Assembly: GCA_964420075.1 (NCBI GenBank)
Contig: CAYQRE010000006.1
Span: forward strand, 74,793-138,792
Length of the DNA stretch: 64,000 nucleotides
Source: an uncultured Thermoanaerobaculia bacterium
GTDB lineage: Bacteria > Acidobacteriota > Thermoanaerobaculia > Multivoradales > SZUA-115
Direction: 5' to 3'
The notes under the pieces were generated by a model, which worked only from the letters and a program-made list of their open reading frames with translations, had not been told where the DNA came from and did no database searches. Below are positions 37,982 to 47,996 of the stretch, one piece after another. The translations under genes and the position numbers were made by a program. Positions within the stretch are counted from its first letter, which is position 1, and every line of letters starts with the position of its first letter.

Positions 37982-39934
37982 ATGCGATCAGCGGCGGAGC
38001 GGGCCAGCGGTCCGATCATTGAGCTCACCCTGCGTTCGGCCCTCGCCGGCATCGTCTTCGGCGTGCTCTTCGGGGCGGCCAACGCCTACCTCGGCTTGCG
38101 CGTCGGGCTGACCGTCTCGACCTCGATCCCCATCGCCGTCCTCACGGTTGCCTTCTTCAGGCTGCTGCCCAGCCGCCGCGGCAACACGATCCTCGAGGCC
38201 AACCTCTCGCAGACCATCGGCTCAGCGAGCTCGTCGCTCGCCTCGGGCACGATCTTCACCATCCCAGCCCTCTTCTTGTGGGGGATCGCGCCGCCGCTCT
38301 GGCAGGTGGCCACCCTCGCCTTCCTGGGCGCCATCCTCGGCATCGCGGCGATGGTGCCTCTGCGCCGGTTGCTGATCGTCGACAGTGCCGCGGAGCTGCC
38401 GTACCCGGAAGGGACGGCCTGCGCCGAAGTCTTGAAGGCCACCTCTCGGGAGGCCAAGGGCGGCCGGCTGATCTTCCTCGGCCTGGCCGTGGGAGCGCTC
38501 ATCAAGCTGACGATCGGCGGCCTCTGCCTGATCTCCCCCGAGCTCGGCTTCCATCTCGCCGCGCTGCCCAAAGCCGAGCTGACGCTCGAGGTGGCACCGG
38601 CGCTGCTGGCCGTCGGCTACATCCTCGGCTACCGGCAGTCGGCGATCATGGTCTCTGGAAGCCTGATCTCCGCCTTGGTGCTGACGCCGTTGATCGCCCT
38701 GGTGGGCGACGGCCTGCCGGCGCCCCTCTTCCCCGAGGCCACGTCACTGATCCACGACCTCTCGGCCGGCCAGATCTGGTCACGCTACGTGCGCTACATC
38801 GGCGCTGGCGCGGTGGCTGCCGCCGGCATCGTGACCGTGCTGCGCTCGCTGCCCACGATGTACCGTTCGCTGGCGGCCGTGGTCGCTGGGCTGCGCCGGC
38901 AGCGCGGCAGCGAGGCGCCGGCCGAGGTGGTGCGCACGGACCGCGACATCCCTGGCTGGGTGGTCCTGGTGGCCCCGATCATCGTGGTCCTGGCGCTGGT
39001 TGGCATCCCGGGCCTCCTGGCCGGCGAGATGAGCTTCGTACCGCGGCTGGCGGCGAGCCTCGGCGTGGGCCTCTTCAGCATCCTCTTCGTGGCCGTCTCG
39101 TCGCGCATCGTGGGCCTGATCGGTGTCTCCTCCAACCCGACCTCGGGAATGACGCTGGTGACGCTCCTCGGCGTCTCGCTGATCTTCGTCCTCTGCGGCT
39201 GGACGGACCCCTCGGCGCGCGCCGCGATCCTCACCGTCGGCACGGTGGTCTGCATCGCCGCCTCGAAGGCCGGCGACATCTCGCAGGACTTGAAGACCGG
39301 CTTCCTCGTCGGTGCCACGCCGGCTCGCCAGCAGGCCGGCCAGTTCCTCGGTGCTGCCTTCGCCTGCTGGGCGGTGGCCGGCACGGTCCTGCTGCTCGGC
39401 CAGGCCTACACCTTCGGCTCGCCGGAGCTGCCGGCGCCGCAGGCCACCCTGATGAAGACGGTGATCGAAGGCGTGATCTCCGGCTCGCTACCCTGGGGCC
39501 TGGTGGGCACCGGCGGCGCCTTCTCGCTCTGCGCCATGCTGGCGGGCCTGCCCGGCCTCGCCTTTGCCGTCGGCATCTACTTGCCGCTCGGCAGCATGAC
39601 GCCGATCTTCGTCGGCGGCTTGGTGCGCGCGCTCGTCGAGCGGCGGCGCCAGGCGGCGAGCGGCGAGGGGGACCCCGGTGTCCTCGCCGCCTCGGGGCTG
39701 ATCGCCGGCGAGGGGCTCGCCGGGGTGGCGATCGCCTTCCTCGCCGTCAGTAAGAAGTGGCCGGGCTCGACCCTCGGTGAGCTGCTGACGTCCTGGCGCT
39801 TCGCCGAACCGGACCTGGTCCGTCTGGCGGCCACGCCGAGCCTATGGTTGGGGGTTGCGCTCGTCGTCGGCGTCTCGGCCCTGCTGTATCGCGCCGGGCT
39901 CGGCGCCAGCGTGACTCCAGCGGAGCCTCGCTGA
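37982..39934 (+). CDS. OPT-family oligopeptide/glutathione transporter
   Basis: ATG with GGGAGG 7 nt upstream. About 16 TM helices. N-terminal 'LTLRSALAGIVFGVLFGAANAYLGLRVGLTVSTSIPIAV' and overall length fit the bacterial OPT family. Confidence 0.75.
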   Translation: MRSAAERASGPIIELTLRSALAGIVFGVLFGAANAYLGLRVGLTVSTSIPIAVLTVAFFRLLPSRRGNTILEANLSQTIGSASSSLASGTIFTIPALFLWGIAPPLWQVATLAFLGAILGIAAMVPLRRLLIVDSAAELPYPEGTACAEVLKATSREAKGGRLIFLGLAVGALIKLTIGGLCLISPELGFHLAALPKAELTLEVAPALLAVGYILGYRQSAIMVSGSLISALVLTPLIALVGDGLPAPLFPEATSLIHDLSAGQIWSRYVRYIGAGAVAAAGIVTVLRSLPTMYRSLAAVVAGLRRQRGSEAPAEVVRTDRDIPGWVVLVAPIIVVLALVGIPGLLAGEMSFVPRLAASLGVGLFSILFVAVSSRIVGLIGVSSNPTSGMTLVTLLGVSLIFVLCGWTDPSARAAILTVGTVVCIAASKAGDISQDLKTGFLVGATPARQQAGQFLGAAFACWAVAGTVLLLGQAYTFGSPELPAPQATLMKTVIEGVISGSLPWGLVGTGGAFSLCAMLAGLPGLAFAVGIYLPLGSMTPIFVGGLVRALVERRRQAASGEGDPGVLAASGLIAGEGLAGVAIAFLAVSKKWPGSTLGELLTSWRFAEPDLVRLAATPSLWLGVALVVGVSALLYRAGLGASVTPAEPR

Positions 39935-40028
39935 GCACTCCTGAGGTGAATCCCGCGACGACCAACGAGACGAAACGATGTAGAACGGACGGTCAGAGCT
40001 AGACGAACCGGGCCAGGTAGGGGGCGCC

Positions 40029-41954
40029 ATGGGCGAGCAGAAAATCGACTCCGACGCTGCAGCAGCCGACCTTCGCCGCTTCATGAAGCAGGTGCTGGCC
40101 GAGGTGCAGGCCCTCGAGAAGATGCTGGCAGGAGACTGGTTCGAGACCGGGATCCGCCGGATCGGTGCCGAGCAGGAGACCTGCCTCGTCGATCGCGACT
40201 TCCACCCGGCGCCGCTCAACCTGCAGATCCTCGAAGACCTCGGCGACCCCCACTTCACCACCGAGCTCGGTCGACACAACGTCGAGATCAATCTCGACCC
40301 ACAAGAGCTCGATGCCGGCTGCCTGGCCCGCCTCGAAGGTCAGCTCAGCGAGCTCCTGGGCAAGCTGCGAGCGGCGGCCACGGCGCGCTGCGCCGAGGTG
40401 GTGCTGACCGGCATCCTGCCCACTCTCGACGTCTCGCACCTCGACTTGAGCTTCATGACCCCGGTGCCGCGCTACTACGCCTTGAACGACGCGATGAACC
40501 GACTGCGGGGCGGTGACTTCCGCCTCTTCGTCAAGGGCCAGGACGAGATTGCCATCCGCCACGACAACGTGATGCTCGAGGCCTGCACCACGAGCTTCCA
40601 GGTCCATCTGCAAGTGGCCCCGGCCGAGTTCGCGCGGCTCTACAACATCGCGCAGGCGATCGCCGCGCCGGTCCTCGCCACCGCCGCCAACTCACCCTTG
40701 CTGTTTGGCCGCCGGCTCTGGCGCGAGACGCGGATCGCCCTCTTCCAGCAGTCGATCGACACCCGCCAGGAAACCAAGTACCTGCGCGAGCAGCTGCCGC
40801 GGGTGAGCTTCGGGGCGAGTTGGCTGCAGGACTCGGTGCTCGAGATCTTCCAGGAGGACCTGGCGCGCTTCCGCCTGCTGATCGCGACGCAAGTCGACGA
40901 GGACCCGGTCAAGGTGATGGCCAAGAAGAAGGCGCCACAGCTCAAGGCGCTGCGCCTGCACAACGGCACCGTCTACCGTTGGAACCGCCCCTGCTACGGC
41001 ATCTCGGCCACCGGCAAGCCGCATCTGCGGATCGAGAACCGGGTCCTGCCGTCCGGCCCCAGCGTGATCGACGAGATCGCCAACGCCGCCTTTTGGATCG
41101 GCCTGCTGCGTGGCGTCGAGCGCGAGTACGGCGACATCACCAAGTCGATGGACTTCGGCACCGCCGCCGAGAACTTCCTCTCCGCCGCTCGCTTCGGCGT
41201 CGGTGCCCAGCTCAGCTGGCCACGCAAGGGCAAGCGCTCGCGCGGCGCGATCCCGGTGCAGACCCTGGTGCCCGAGACGTTGGTGCCCCTCGCTCGTGAA
41301 GGCCTCCGTGACTGGGGAGTGGCGAGCGAAGACGTCGACCGCTACCTTTCGATCATCGAGGAGCGCGCGAGAGAGATGCACACCGGCTCGGTCTGGCAGC
41401 TCGACTCGCTGGCCGCGCTTGCCGGCACCGGCACCAAGGCCGAGAGGCTGGCGGCGCTCACCGGGGCGACGGTCGCCCGCCAGAAGGAAGGCACCCCCGT
41501 GCATCGCTGGGAGCTCGCCTCGATCGATGAGGGCGGCGGCTGGAGCCGTCACTACTCGCGGGTCAAGAACTTCATGACCACCGACCTCTTCACCGTCAAC
41601 GAAGACGAGCTGGTGGACCTGGTGGCGGCGATGATGTACTGGAAGCACATCCGCCACGTGCCCGTCGAGGATACCCAGCACCGCCTGGTCGGCCTGGTCA
41701 CCCACCGCACCCTGCTGCGCCTGCTGTCGACCGGCTCGGGGCAGAGCCGGCCGGTGCCGGTGCGCGAGATCATGGAGACGGAGGTGATCACCATCGGGCC
41801 GGAAGCTTCCACCCTGGACGCCATCGCCCTGATGCGCGAGCACAAGGTGGCCTGCCTGCCGGTGGTGGAGGACGAGCACCTGGTGGGGATCATCACCGAG
41901 CGGGACTTCATGAACGTCACCCGCAAGCTGCTCGAAGCCGAGCTGCGGAAGTAG
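40029..41954 (+). CDS. Glutamate–cysteine ligase family 2 (GCS2/YbdK-like carboxylate-amine ligase) fused to a C-terminal CBS-domain pair
   Basis: The N-terminal ~480 aa has the GCS2 pattern ('RIGAEQETCLVD', 'FQVHLQV', 'RVLPSGPS'). The C-terminal ~130 aa are tandem CBS domains ('VHRTLLRLL…EIMETEVITIGPEASTLDAIALMREHKVACLPVVEDEHLVGIITERD'). Confidence 0.75.
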   Translation: MGEQKIDSDAAAADLRRFMKQVLAEVQALEKMLAGDWFETGIRRIGAEQETCLVDRDFHPAPLNLQILEDLGDPHFTTELGRHNVEINLDPQELDAGCLARLEGQLSELLGKLRAAATARCAEVVLTGILPTLDVSHLDLSFMTPVPRYYALNDAMNRLRGGDFRLFVKGQDEIAIRHDNVMLEACTTSFQVHLQVAPAEFARLYNIAQAIAAPVLATAANSPLLFGRRLWRETRIALFQQSIDTRQETKYLREQLPRVSFGASWLQDSVLEIFQEDLARFRLLIATQVDEDPVKVMAKKKAPQLKALRLHNGTVYRWNRPCYGISATGKPHLRIENRVLPSGPSVIDEIANAAFWIGLLRGVEREYGDITKSMDFGTAAENFLSAARFGVGAQLSWPRKGKRSRGAIPVQTLVPETLVPLAREGLRDWGVASEDVDRYLSIIEERAREMHTGSVWQLDSLAALAGTGTKAERLAALTGATVARQKEGTPVHRWELASIDEGGGWSRHYSRVKNFMTTDLFTVNEDELVDLVAAMMYWKHIRHVPVEDTQHRLVGLVTHRTLLRLLSTGSGQSRPVPVREIMETEVITIGPEASTLDAIALMREHKVACLPVVEDEHLVGIITERDFMNVTRKLLEAELRK

Positions 41955-42134
41955 GCGGGCTCAGCGAGGTTGCCGGTGCCAGCCGGCGACGAGGGCCGAG
42001 AGGTCTGCCCGCAGCGCCGAGAGGTCCTCGGCAGCTGCAGCGGCCCACAGCACGAGGTCGAAGCAAGCCATCGTCACCGGCAGTCCGAGCGCACGGCGCC
42101 AGGCGAGCAGGCCGGGCTAGAATCTCGCCGCAGC

Positions 42135-43730
42135 ATGCATCCCCCTCGCGCCCTCACGGCTCGCGCCCTCGGCATCGGCCTCGCTCTCTCGCTGGTGGTG
42201 GCGGCGTACTCGACCTACGCGGGCCTCAAAGTGGGCGGCGTCTACTGGCCGATCATTACCGCGACGCTGCTGGCCTTGGCCGTCGGCAAGCTCTTCGGCG
42301 GGCTCTCGCCGCAGGAGCTGAGCATCGCCGCCACCGCCGCCTCGACGGGCGGTCTCCTCGCCGCCGGAGTGCTCTTCACCGTGCCGGCGGCATGGCTGCT
42401 TGGGGTGGCCATCCCGCCGCTCGAGGTCTCTCTCGTCGCCATCCTGGGTGGCCTCCTCGGCGTGGCCTTCACCCTGCCCTTGCGCGAGGAGATGCTCGAG
42501 CGGCTCGCCCTGCCCTACCCCGACGGCACCGCCACGGCGGCGGTGATCGCCGCCGGGGATGCCGGCGGCCGGCAGGTACGCCCGCTGCTTGCCGCCGCCG
42601 GGGTGGCGGCGGCCTTCACCGCGCTGCGCGACGGCTTCCGACTGCTGCCGGCGGTGATCAACCTCGAGAGCCTGGGCAGCCGCTACGCCAGCCGGCTCTC
42701 GCTGGGCAGCAGCGTCTCGCTGGTGCCGTTCGCCGGCGGCTTCTTGATTGGCCCCCTGTTCAGCGGCGTCTGGTTCGCCGGTGCCGTCCTCTCCTACCTC
42801 GTCGCCCTGCCGCTGCTGGTCGCAAACGGCCGCTTCGAGAGCAAGCTGGCCGCCGTCCACGGCCTGACCCAGCCGGCCGGCATTGGCGTGATCGTCGGCG
42901 CGAGCGTCGCCTACTTCCTGCTCAAGGGCCTGCCCTCCCTGCACCCGCTGCTCGCCCGCTGGCTCGGCGGTGGCCGCTCACGCGGCAGGGCGGGGCTGTG
43001 GCTGGCGGGTGGTGCGCTCGCGGTGGTCGTCGTCTCCCTCGCCCTCGACCTGCCCCTCTGGTTGACCCTGGTGGCGCTCATCGCCGCCTTCATGGTGGCC
43101 TACATCGCCGCCCGCATCGCCGGCGAGCTCAACATCGACCCGATGGAGATCTTCGCCATCGCGATCCTCCTTCTGGTGGTCCTCTTCGTGCGCCTGGAGG
43201 TCCGCACCGCCGTCGTCTTCGCGGCCCTCCTCTGCCTCGCCGCCGGGATGGCCGGGGACTTCATGCAGGACCTCAAGGCCGGCTCTCTGGTCGGCACCCG
43301 ACCGCGGGACCAGGCCATCGCTCAGCTGGTCTCGGTGGTGCTCGTGGGCAGCGTGCTCGGCCTGCTGCTCGCCGCCATGGATCGCGCCTACACCATCGGC
43401 TCGGTCGAGCTACCCGCCCCCCAGGCGGTGGCCCTCGCCGGCATCGTCGAGGCGGGCTCGGTGAGCGCTCCGCTCGCCTGGGGCGGCCTCGCCGGCGCCC
43501 TGCTCGCCCTCCTCGCTCTCTGGCGCGGCCTGGGGATCCTCCCCGTCGCCCTCGGGATCGGCCTCTACGCGCCGATCGAGCTCTCACTGCCCCTCTTCCT
43601 CGGCGGCCTCATCCGCCTGGCGACGGAACGCCGAGGTCGCGGCGAGCTCGGCCGGCTCCTGGCCGCCGGCGCCATCGGCGGTGAGGGAGTGGTCGGCGTG
43701 GCCCTGGCGCTGGCCAGGATGTGGCGGTAG
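42135..43730 (+). CDS. Second OPT-family transporter (shorter paralog)
   Basis: Internal ATG 'MHPPRALTARALGIGLALSLVVAAYSTYAGLKVGG'. 531 aa, polytopic. Same N-terminal signature as the upstream OPT protein. Confidence 0.7.
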   Translation: MHPPRALTARALGIGLALSLVVAAYSTYAGLKVGGVYWPIITATLLALAVGKLFGGLSPQELSIAATAASTGGLLAAGVLFTVPAAWLLGVAIPPLEVSLVAILGGLLGVAFTLPLREEMLERLALPYPDGTATAAVIAAGDAGGRQVRPLLAAAGVAAAFTALRDGFRLLPAVINLESLGSRYASRLSLGSSVSLVPFAGGFLIGPLFSGVWFAGAVLSYLVALPLLVANGRFESKLAAVHGLTQPAGIGVIVGASVAYFLLKGLPSLHPLLARWLGGGRSRGRAGLWLAGGALAVVVVSLALDLPLWLTLVALIAAFMVAYIAARIAGELNIDPMEIFAIAILLLVVLFVRLEVRTAVVFAALLCLAAGMAGDFMQDLKAGSLVGTRPRDQAIAQLVSVVLVGSVLGLLLAAMDRAYTIGSVELPAPQAVALAGIVEAGSVSAPLAWGGLAGALLALLALWRGLGILPVALGIGLYAPIELSLPLFLGGLIRLATERRGRGELGRLLAAGAIGGEGVVGVALALARMWR

Positions 43731-43744
43731 GGAGAGCCTGCACC

Positions 43745-45247
43745 TCAGAGCGCCCAGAGCGCACGTACCGCGCTCTTGACCACCTTGCCCATGGCGTTCT
43801 TCGGTAGCTCAGCAACGGTGAGGAGACGCGTCGGGAGCTTGTAGGGGGCGAGGCGGTCCCGGGCCCAGGCGCGCAGCGGCTCGAGCTCGAGCGGCTGGTC
43901 GCCTCGCAACACCACCGCGGCCGCCACGCGCTCGCCCCACTCGGCATCCTCGACCCCCACCACGGCGCACTCGCGGACCGCCGGGTGCCCGAGGAGCACG
44001 GCTTCGATCTCCAGGGCCGAAATCTTGTAGCCGCCGCTCTTGATGATGTCGACGCTCGAGCGCCCGAGGAGGCGGTACGAGCCGTCGGCGACCACGGCGG
44101 TGTCCCCGGTGCGGAACCAACCATCGCGGAAGGCAGCGGTAGTGTCGTCCGGCCGGCGCCAGTACTCCTGGAAGACCCCGGGGCCGGCGACCTCGATCTC
44201 ACCGACCTCGGCGGCGGCGACAGGTGTGCCGTCCGGCCCCACCAGCCGCACCTCGACTCCCGGCAGCGGTTGGCCCACATGACCCGGTCGGCGCTCACCG
44301 TGGTACGGGTTCGAGAGCGCCATCCCGATCTCGGTCATCCCGTAGCGCTCGAGGAGGGCATGGCCGGTGATCTCCTGCCAACGCAAGAAGACCGGCGCCG
44401 GCAGGGCCGCCGAGCCCGAGACCATCAGCCGCAGGCGAGCAGCGCCGCGGCTCCAGCCCTCGCGGGTGGCCGCTGGAGCACCCTCCCAGGCCTGGAGCAA
44501 GCGGAAGTAGAGGGTGGGGACGGCCATCAGCACGGTGATCTCACCGCTCGCCAGGCGCTCCCACACGGTCTCGGCCACGAACCGGCTGGCTAGCTCGCAG
44601 CAGGCACCGCTCCACAGGGCACAGCTGAGGACGTTGACGATGCCGTGCACATGGTGGAGCGGCAGCAGGTGGAGGGCGTGGTCCGTCGCCTGCCAACCCC
44701 AGGCCTGGCAGAGCGTCTCGCACTGGAAGGCCAGCATGGCGTGGGTCCACACCACGCCCTTGGGCCGGCTGGTGGTGCCGCTCGTGTAGAGGAGCATCGC
44801 GCGCCGCTCATCGCCCACGGCCGGCAAGGCCACCGGCACCACTTCCGAGCGCAGCAGAGTGTCCGTCGCCAGCAGGGGCAGCCCGCGGTCCGCCACCAAT
44901 TCGGCGAGCGCCGCGCCGCCCGCCGCGTCGCCGACGACGAGCGCCGGATCGCTATCCGCCAGGACGTGCGCGAGCTCCGCCGGGGGGTGTGCCGGGCAGA
45001 GCGGCACGGCGATCCCGCCGGCCCGCCAGATCCCCCACTGCACGGCGACGTGCGCCAGGCCAGGGGCGACGTGGAAGGCAACGCGCTCCTCTGCGAGGTC
45101 GCCGCGATCGGCAAGGAGGGCCGCCGCCACTCGTGCCGAGGCCGCGAGCAGCTCGCCGTAGGTCCAGGCACCGTCGGCGGCGACGAGGGCCGGGCGCTCG
45201 GCCCAGGAACGTGCACGGGCGACAAGGGGAAGCTGCGCTGCGGACAT
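43745..45247 (-). CDS. AMP-dependent synthetase/ligase (acyl-CoA synthetase family)
   Basis: AMP-binding motif 'LLYTSGTTSRPKGV', 'YGMTEIG', 'FRTGDTAVV…GRSSVDIIKSGGYKI'. 500 aa. Confidence 0.82.
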   Translation of the reverse strand: MSAAQLPLVARARSWAERPALVAADGAWTYGELLAASARVAAALLADRGDLAEERVAFHVAPGLAHVAVQWGIWRAGGIAVPLCPAHPPAELAHVLADSDPALVVGDAAGGAALAELVADRGLPLLATDTLLRSEVVPVALPAVGDERRAMLLYTSGTTSRPKGVVWTHAMLAFQCETLCQAWGWQATDHALHLLPLHHVHGIVNVLSCALWSGACCELASRFVAETVWERLASGEITVLMAVPTLYFRLLQAWEGAPAATREGWSRGAARLRLMVSGSAALPAPVFLRWQEITGHALLERYGMTEIGMALSNPYHGERRPGHVGQPLPGVEVRLVGPDGTPVAAAEVGEIEVAGPGVFQEYWRRPDDTTAAFRDGWFRTGDTAVVADGSYRLLGRSSVDIIKSGGYKISALEIEAVLLGHPAVRECAVVGVEDAEWGERVAAAVVLRGDQPLELEPLRAWARDRLAPYKLPTRLLTVAELPKNAMGKVVKSAVRALWAL

Positions 45248-45361
45248 GCCGGCAGTCTACGCGAGCAAGCTCTGCGCGGACCCGCGTCTAGCTTGCGCCG
45301 GGCCGCCGGCTGAGCGAGGCTTGCGCCGCCCACGTTGTCATCCAGATCCCGGAGGTCTCTG

Positions 45362-47059
45362 ATGCGCTTCCGCCGCCTGCTGGCCGTCCTTCTGCTCGTC
45401 ACTCTCAGCTGGCCGCTCGCCGCCGGCGCGCCGCCGGCGCTCCGCGGCAAGGGCGGCGCCGTCGCCTCCGAAGACGCCACCGCCACCGCCGCGGGCTTGA
45501 GCCTGCTGCGCGCCGGTGGCAACGCCGTGGACGCGGCCGTGGCGACCGCCCTAGCCCTCGCGGTGACCTTCCCCGAGGCCGGCAACCTTGGCGGCGGCGG
45601 TTTCGCGGTGATCAAGATGGGGGACACGGTGGCGGCGCTCGACTTCCGCGAGGTGGCGCCGGCGGCCGCGACCCGCAACATGTACCTGGACGCGGCTGGC
45701 GAACCCATCCCGGACGCCTCGCTGGTCGGGCCGCTCGCTGCCGGGGTGCCCGGCTCCCCGGCAGGCCTCTGGGCCCTCCACCAGCGCTTCGGCGCCCGGC
45801 CCTGGCAGGAGGTCGTCGAGCCGGCCCGCCGCCTGGCCGCCGAGGGCTTCGTGGTCGACTCCTCGCTCACCGCACGCCTGGCCGCCGCCCGTGAGCTCCT
45901 CGCCCGTTTCCCGGAGACGGCCGCCCTCTGGCTTCCCGGCAATGAGCCGCTCGCGCCCGGCAGCCGCGTGGTGCAGCCGGCGCTGGCGCGCACCCTCGCT
46001 CGCTATCAGGCGGACGGGCCACCAGCGATCACCCACGGCGAGCTCGCCAACGAGATCGAGGCTGCCTCGCGGCGCTACGGCGGGATCCTCACGGCAGCCG
46101 ACCTCGCCGCCTACCACGCCGAGTGGCGGCAGCCCCTGCTCTTCTCGGCCTTCGGCTGGGAGTGGGCCTCGATGCCGCTACCCTCTTCGGGCGGCATCAT
46201 CCTCGCCGAGAGCTCGGCTCTCCTCGCTCGCTGGGGTTGGGCGGAGATGCCCCGCTTCGGTGCCGACCGCGCCCATCTGCTGGCCGAGAGCTACCGCCGG
46301 GCCTACGCCGATCGCTATCGCCTGGGGGACCCGAGCACCACCGAGGTCGAGCTCGCCGACCTGCTCACCCCCGAGGCCCTGGCCAGCCGGGCCGCAAGCC
46401 TGGACCGTGCTCGCGCCACCCCCTCGGCGCAGCTGATGCCGGCAGCCGCTGAGCCGGCCGAGGTGATGCACACCACCCACCTCTCGGTGGTCGACGGTGC
46501 CGGCAACGTGGTGGCCTTGACCGCTACCCTCAACGGCCTCTTCGGCTGCGGCCTCTATCTTCCCGGGCTGGGCTTCCTCAACAACGAGATGGACGATTTC
46601 GCCGCCGCCCCCGGCCGCCCCAACCTCTTCGGCCTGATCCAGGGCGAGGCCAACGCCGTGCGGCCGGGCAAACGGATGCTCTCCTCGATGAGCCCGACGA
46701 TCGTCTGGCGCGGCGCCGAGGTGATCGCTGCCGGCGGTCGCGGCGGCTCGCGGATCCCCACCAACACGCACCAGGTGCTGCTCAACGTGCTGGTCGACGG
46801 TGATCCGCTGCAGGCGGCGATCAACCGACCTCGCCTCCACCACCAGTGGCTGCCCGATGAGCTCCAGGGCGAATCCGACACCTTTGCACCCGAGACCCGT
46901 CTGGAGCTCGAGCGGCGGGGCCACAAGGTCATCGTCACGCCGGTGACGGCCAAGGTCGAGGCCGTGCGCCGTCTCCCGGACGGCACCGTCGAGGCCGCCT
47001 GCGAGCCCCGCGGCGCGCGGGGGCCCGGCGTCGTCGAGCGCCTGCCGGGGGATGGCTAG
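45362..47059 (+). CDS. ggt: Gamma-glutamyltransferase
   Basis: Internal ATG with signal peptide 'MRFRRLLAVLLLVTLSWPLAAGA'. 'GGNAVDAAVATALALAV' and the autoproteolytic-threonine region 'TTHLSVVDGAGNVVALTATLN' are present, with 'DFREVAP' and 'GSRIPT' blocks. Confidence 0.88.
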   Translation: MRFRRLLAVLLLVTLSWPLAAGAPPALRGKGGAVASEDATATAAGLSLLRAGGNAVDAAVATALALAVTFPEAGNLGGGGFAVIKMGDTVAALDFREVAPAAATRNMYLDAAGEPIPDASLVGPLAAGVPGSPAGLWALHQRFGARPWQEVVEPARRLAAEGFVVDSSLTARLAAARELLARFPETAALWLPGNEPLAPGSRVVQPALARTLARYQADGPPAITHGELANEIEAASRRYGGILTAADLAAYHAEWRQPLLFSAFGWEWASMPLPSSGGIILAESSALLARWGWAEMPRFGADRAHLLAESYRRAYADRYRLGDPSTTEVELADLLTPEALASRAASLDRARATPSAQLMPAAAEPAEVMHTTHLSVVDGAGNVVALTATLNGLFGCGLYLPGLGFLNNEMDDFAAAPGRPNLFGLIQGEANAVRPGKRMLSSMSPTIVWRGAEVIAAGGRGGSRIPTNTHQVLLNVLVDGDPLQAAINRPRLHHQWLPDELQGESDTFAPETRLELERRGHKVIVTPVTAKVEAVRRLPDGTVEAACEPRGARGPGVVERLPGDG

Positions 47060-47092
47060 GGAGCGTAGCCGAGGTCTAGCGAGCCCTTCGTC

Positions 47093-47944
47093 TTACACCT
47101 GCGGCAACGGCACCAGCAGCGAGGTCACCACGGCGACGACGGTCGCTACCAGGCAGAGGACGGCTCCGAGGAGGTGGTCGAGGCGCTCGGGCTTGAGGGG
47201 ATCGAGCACCCGCCCGAGGCCGTAGCCACCGACGAAGCCGCCCAGGTGGGCCCAGTTGTCGACCCGCGGTGCGATCAGCCCGAAGACGAAGAGGAAGATC
47301 GCCCAACCCCAGACCTCACGACCTAGGGCGCTCGCGCCGCCCCGGCGGCTGTAGTAGATGAGCGCCCCGAGAAGGCCGAAGATGGCCGCCGAGGCCCCCA
47401 CCGTCGTACCACCCCCACCCAGGATCAGAGAGACGATCGGCAGGCTCGGCGCGTAGGAGCTGAAGAGAAAGCCGATGGCCGAGCTCAGGCAGTAGAGCAG
47501 GATGGTCCGCGCCGTGCCGTAGGCCTCGAGCATCAGCGGCCCGACCTGCCTGACCCACATCATGTTGAACACCAGGTGGAGCAAGCTGCCGTGGAGCCAG
47601 CCGGCCGAGAGCACCGTCCACCAGCGGTCGAGGGCCCGCACCGGCCAGGCGCCGCTGGCACCGAAGCGCAAGAGCGACTCGTTGCCGGGAGAGAGCAGGC
47701 CGAGCAGCCCGCGCGACGAGATGGCCTCGGGAGCGGCCACCAGTGAGGCGGCGTAGAGGCCGCCACAGACGAGCATCACGAGCTGGAAGAAGCTCACCTC
47801 GACGCCGAGGCGCCGCAGGGCCGGCGCGAAGCCCCAGAGCGCGGGGTTGCGTGCACCGCAGTTGAGGCACTGGGCGTCGTTGACCCCCACGAGCCTGCCG
47901 CAGGACCGACAGATGAAGGCGCCCTGGCGTTGGCGACCAAACAT
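47093..47944 (-). CDS. Rhomboid-family intramembrane serine protease with N-terminal zinc ribbon
   Basis: 'CRSCGRLVGVNDAQCLNCG' zinc ribbon. Catalytic Ser in 'GASAAIFGLLGA' and His in 'AHLGGFVGG'. 6-TM topology. Confidence 0.8.
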   Translation of the reverse strand: MFGRQRQGAFICRSCGRLVGVNDAQCLNCGARNPALWGFAPALRRLGVEVSFFQLVMLVCGGLYAASLVAAPEAISSRGLLGLLSPGNESLLRFGASGAWPVRALDRWWTVLSAGWLHGSLLHLVFNMMWVRQVGPLMLEAYGTARTILLYCLSSAIGFLFSSYAPSLPIVSLILGGGGTTVGASAAIFGLLGALIYYSRRGGASALGREVWGWAIFLFVFGLIAPRVDNWAHLGGFVGGYGLGRVLDPLKPERLDHLLGAVLCLVATVVAVVTSLLVPLPQV

Positions 47945-47996
47945 GACGGCGGGAGCTTATCCGATCCGCCCACCGCCACCAGCGGCCGAAGGGCCT

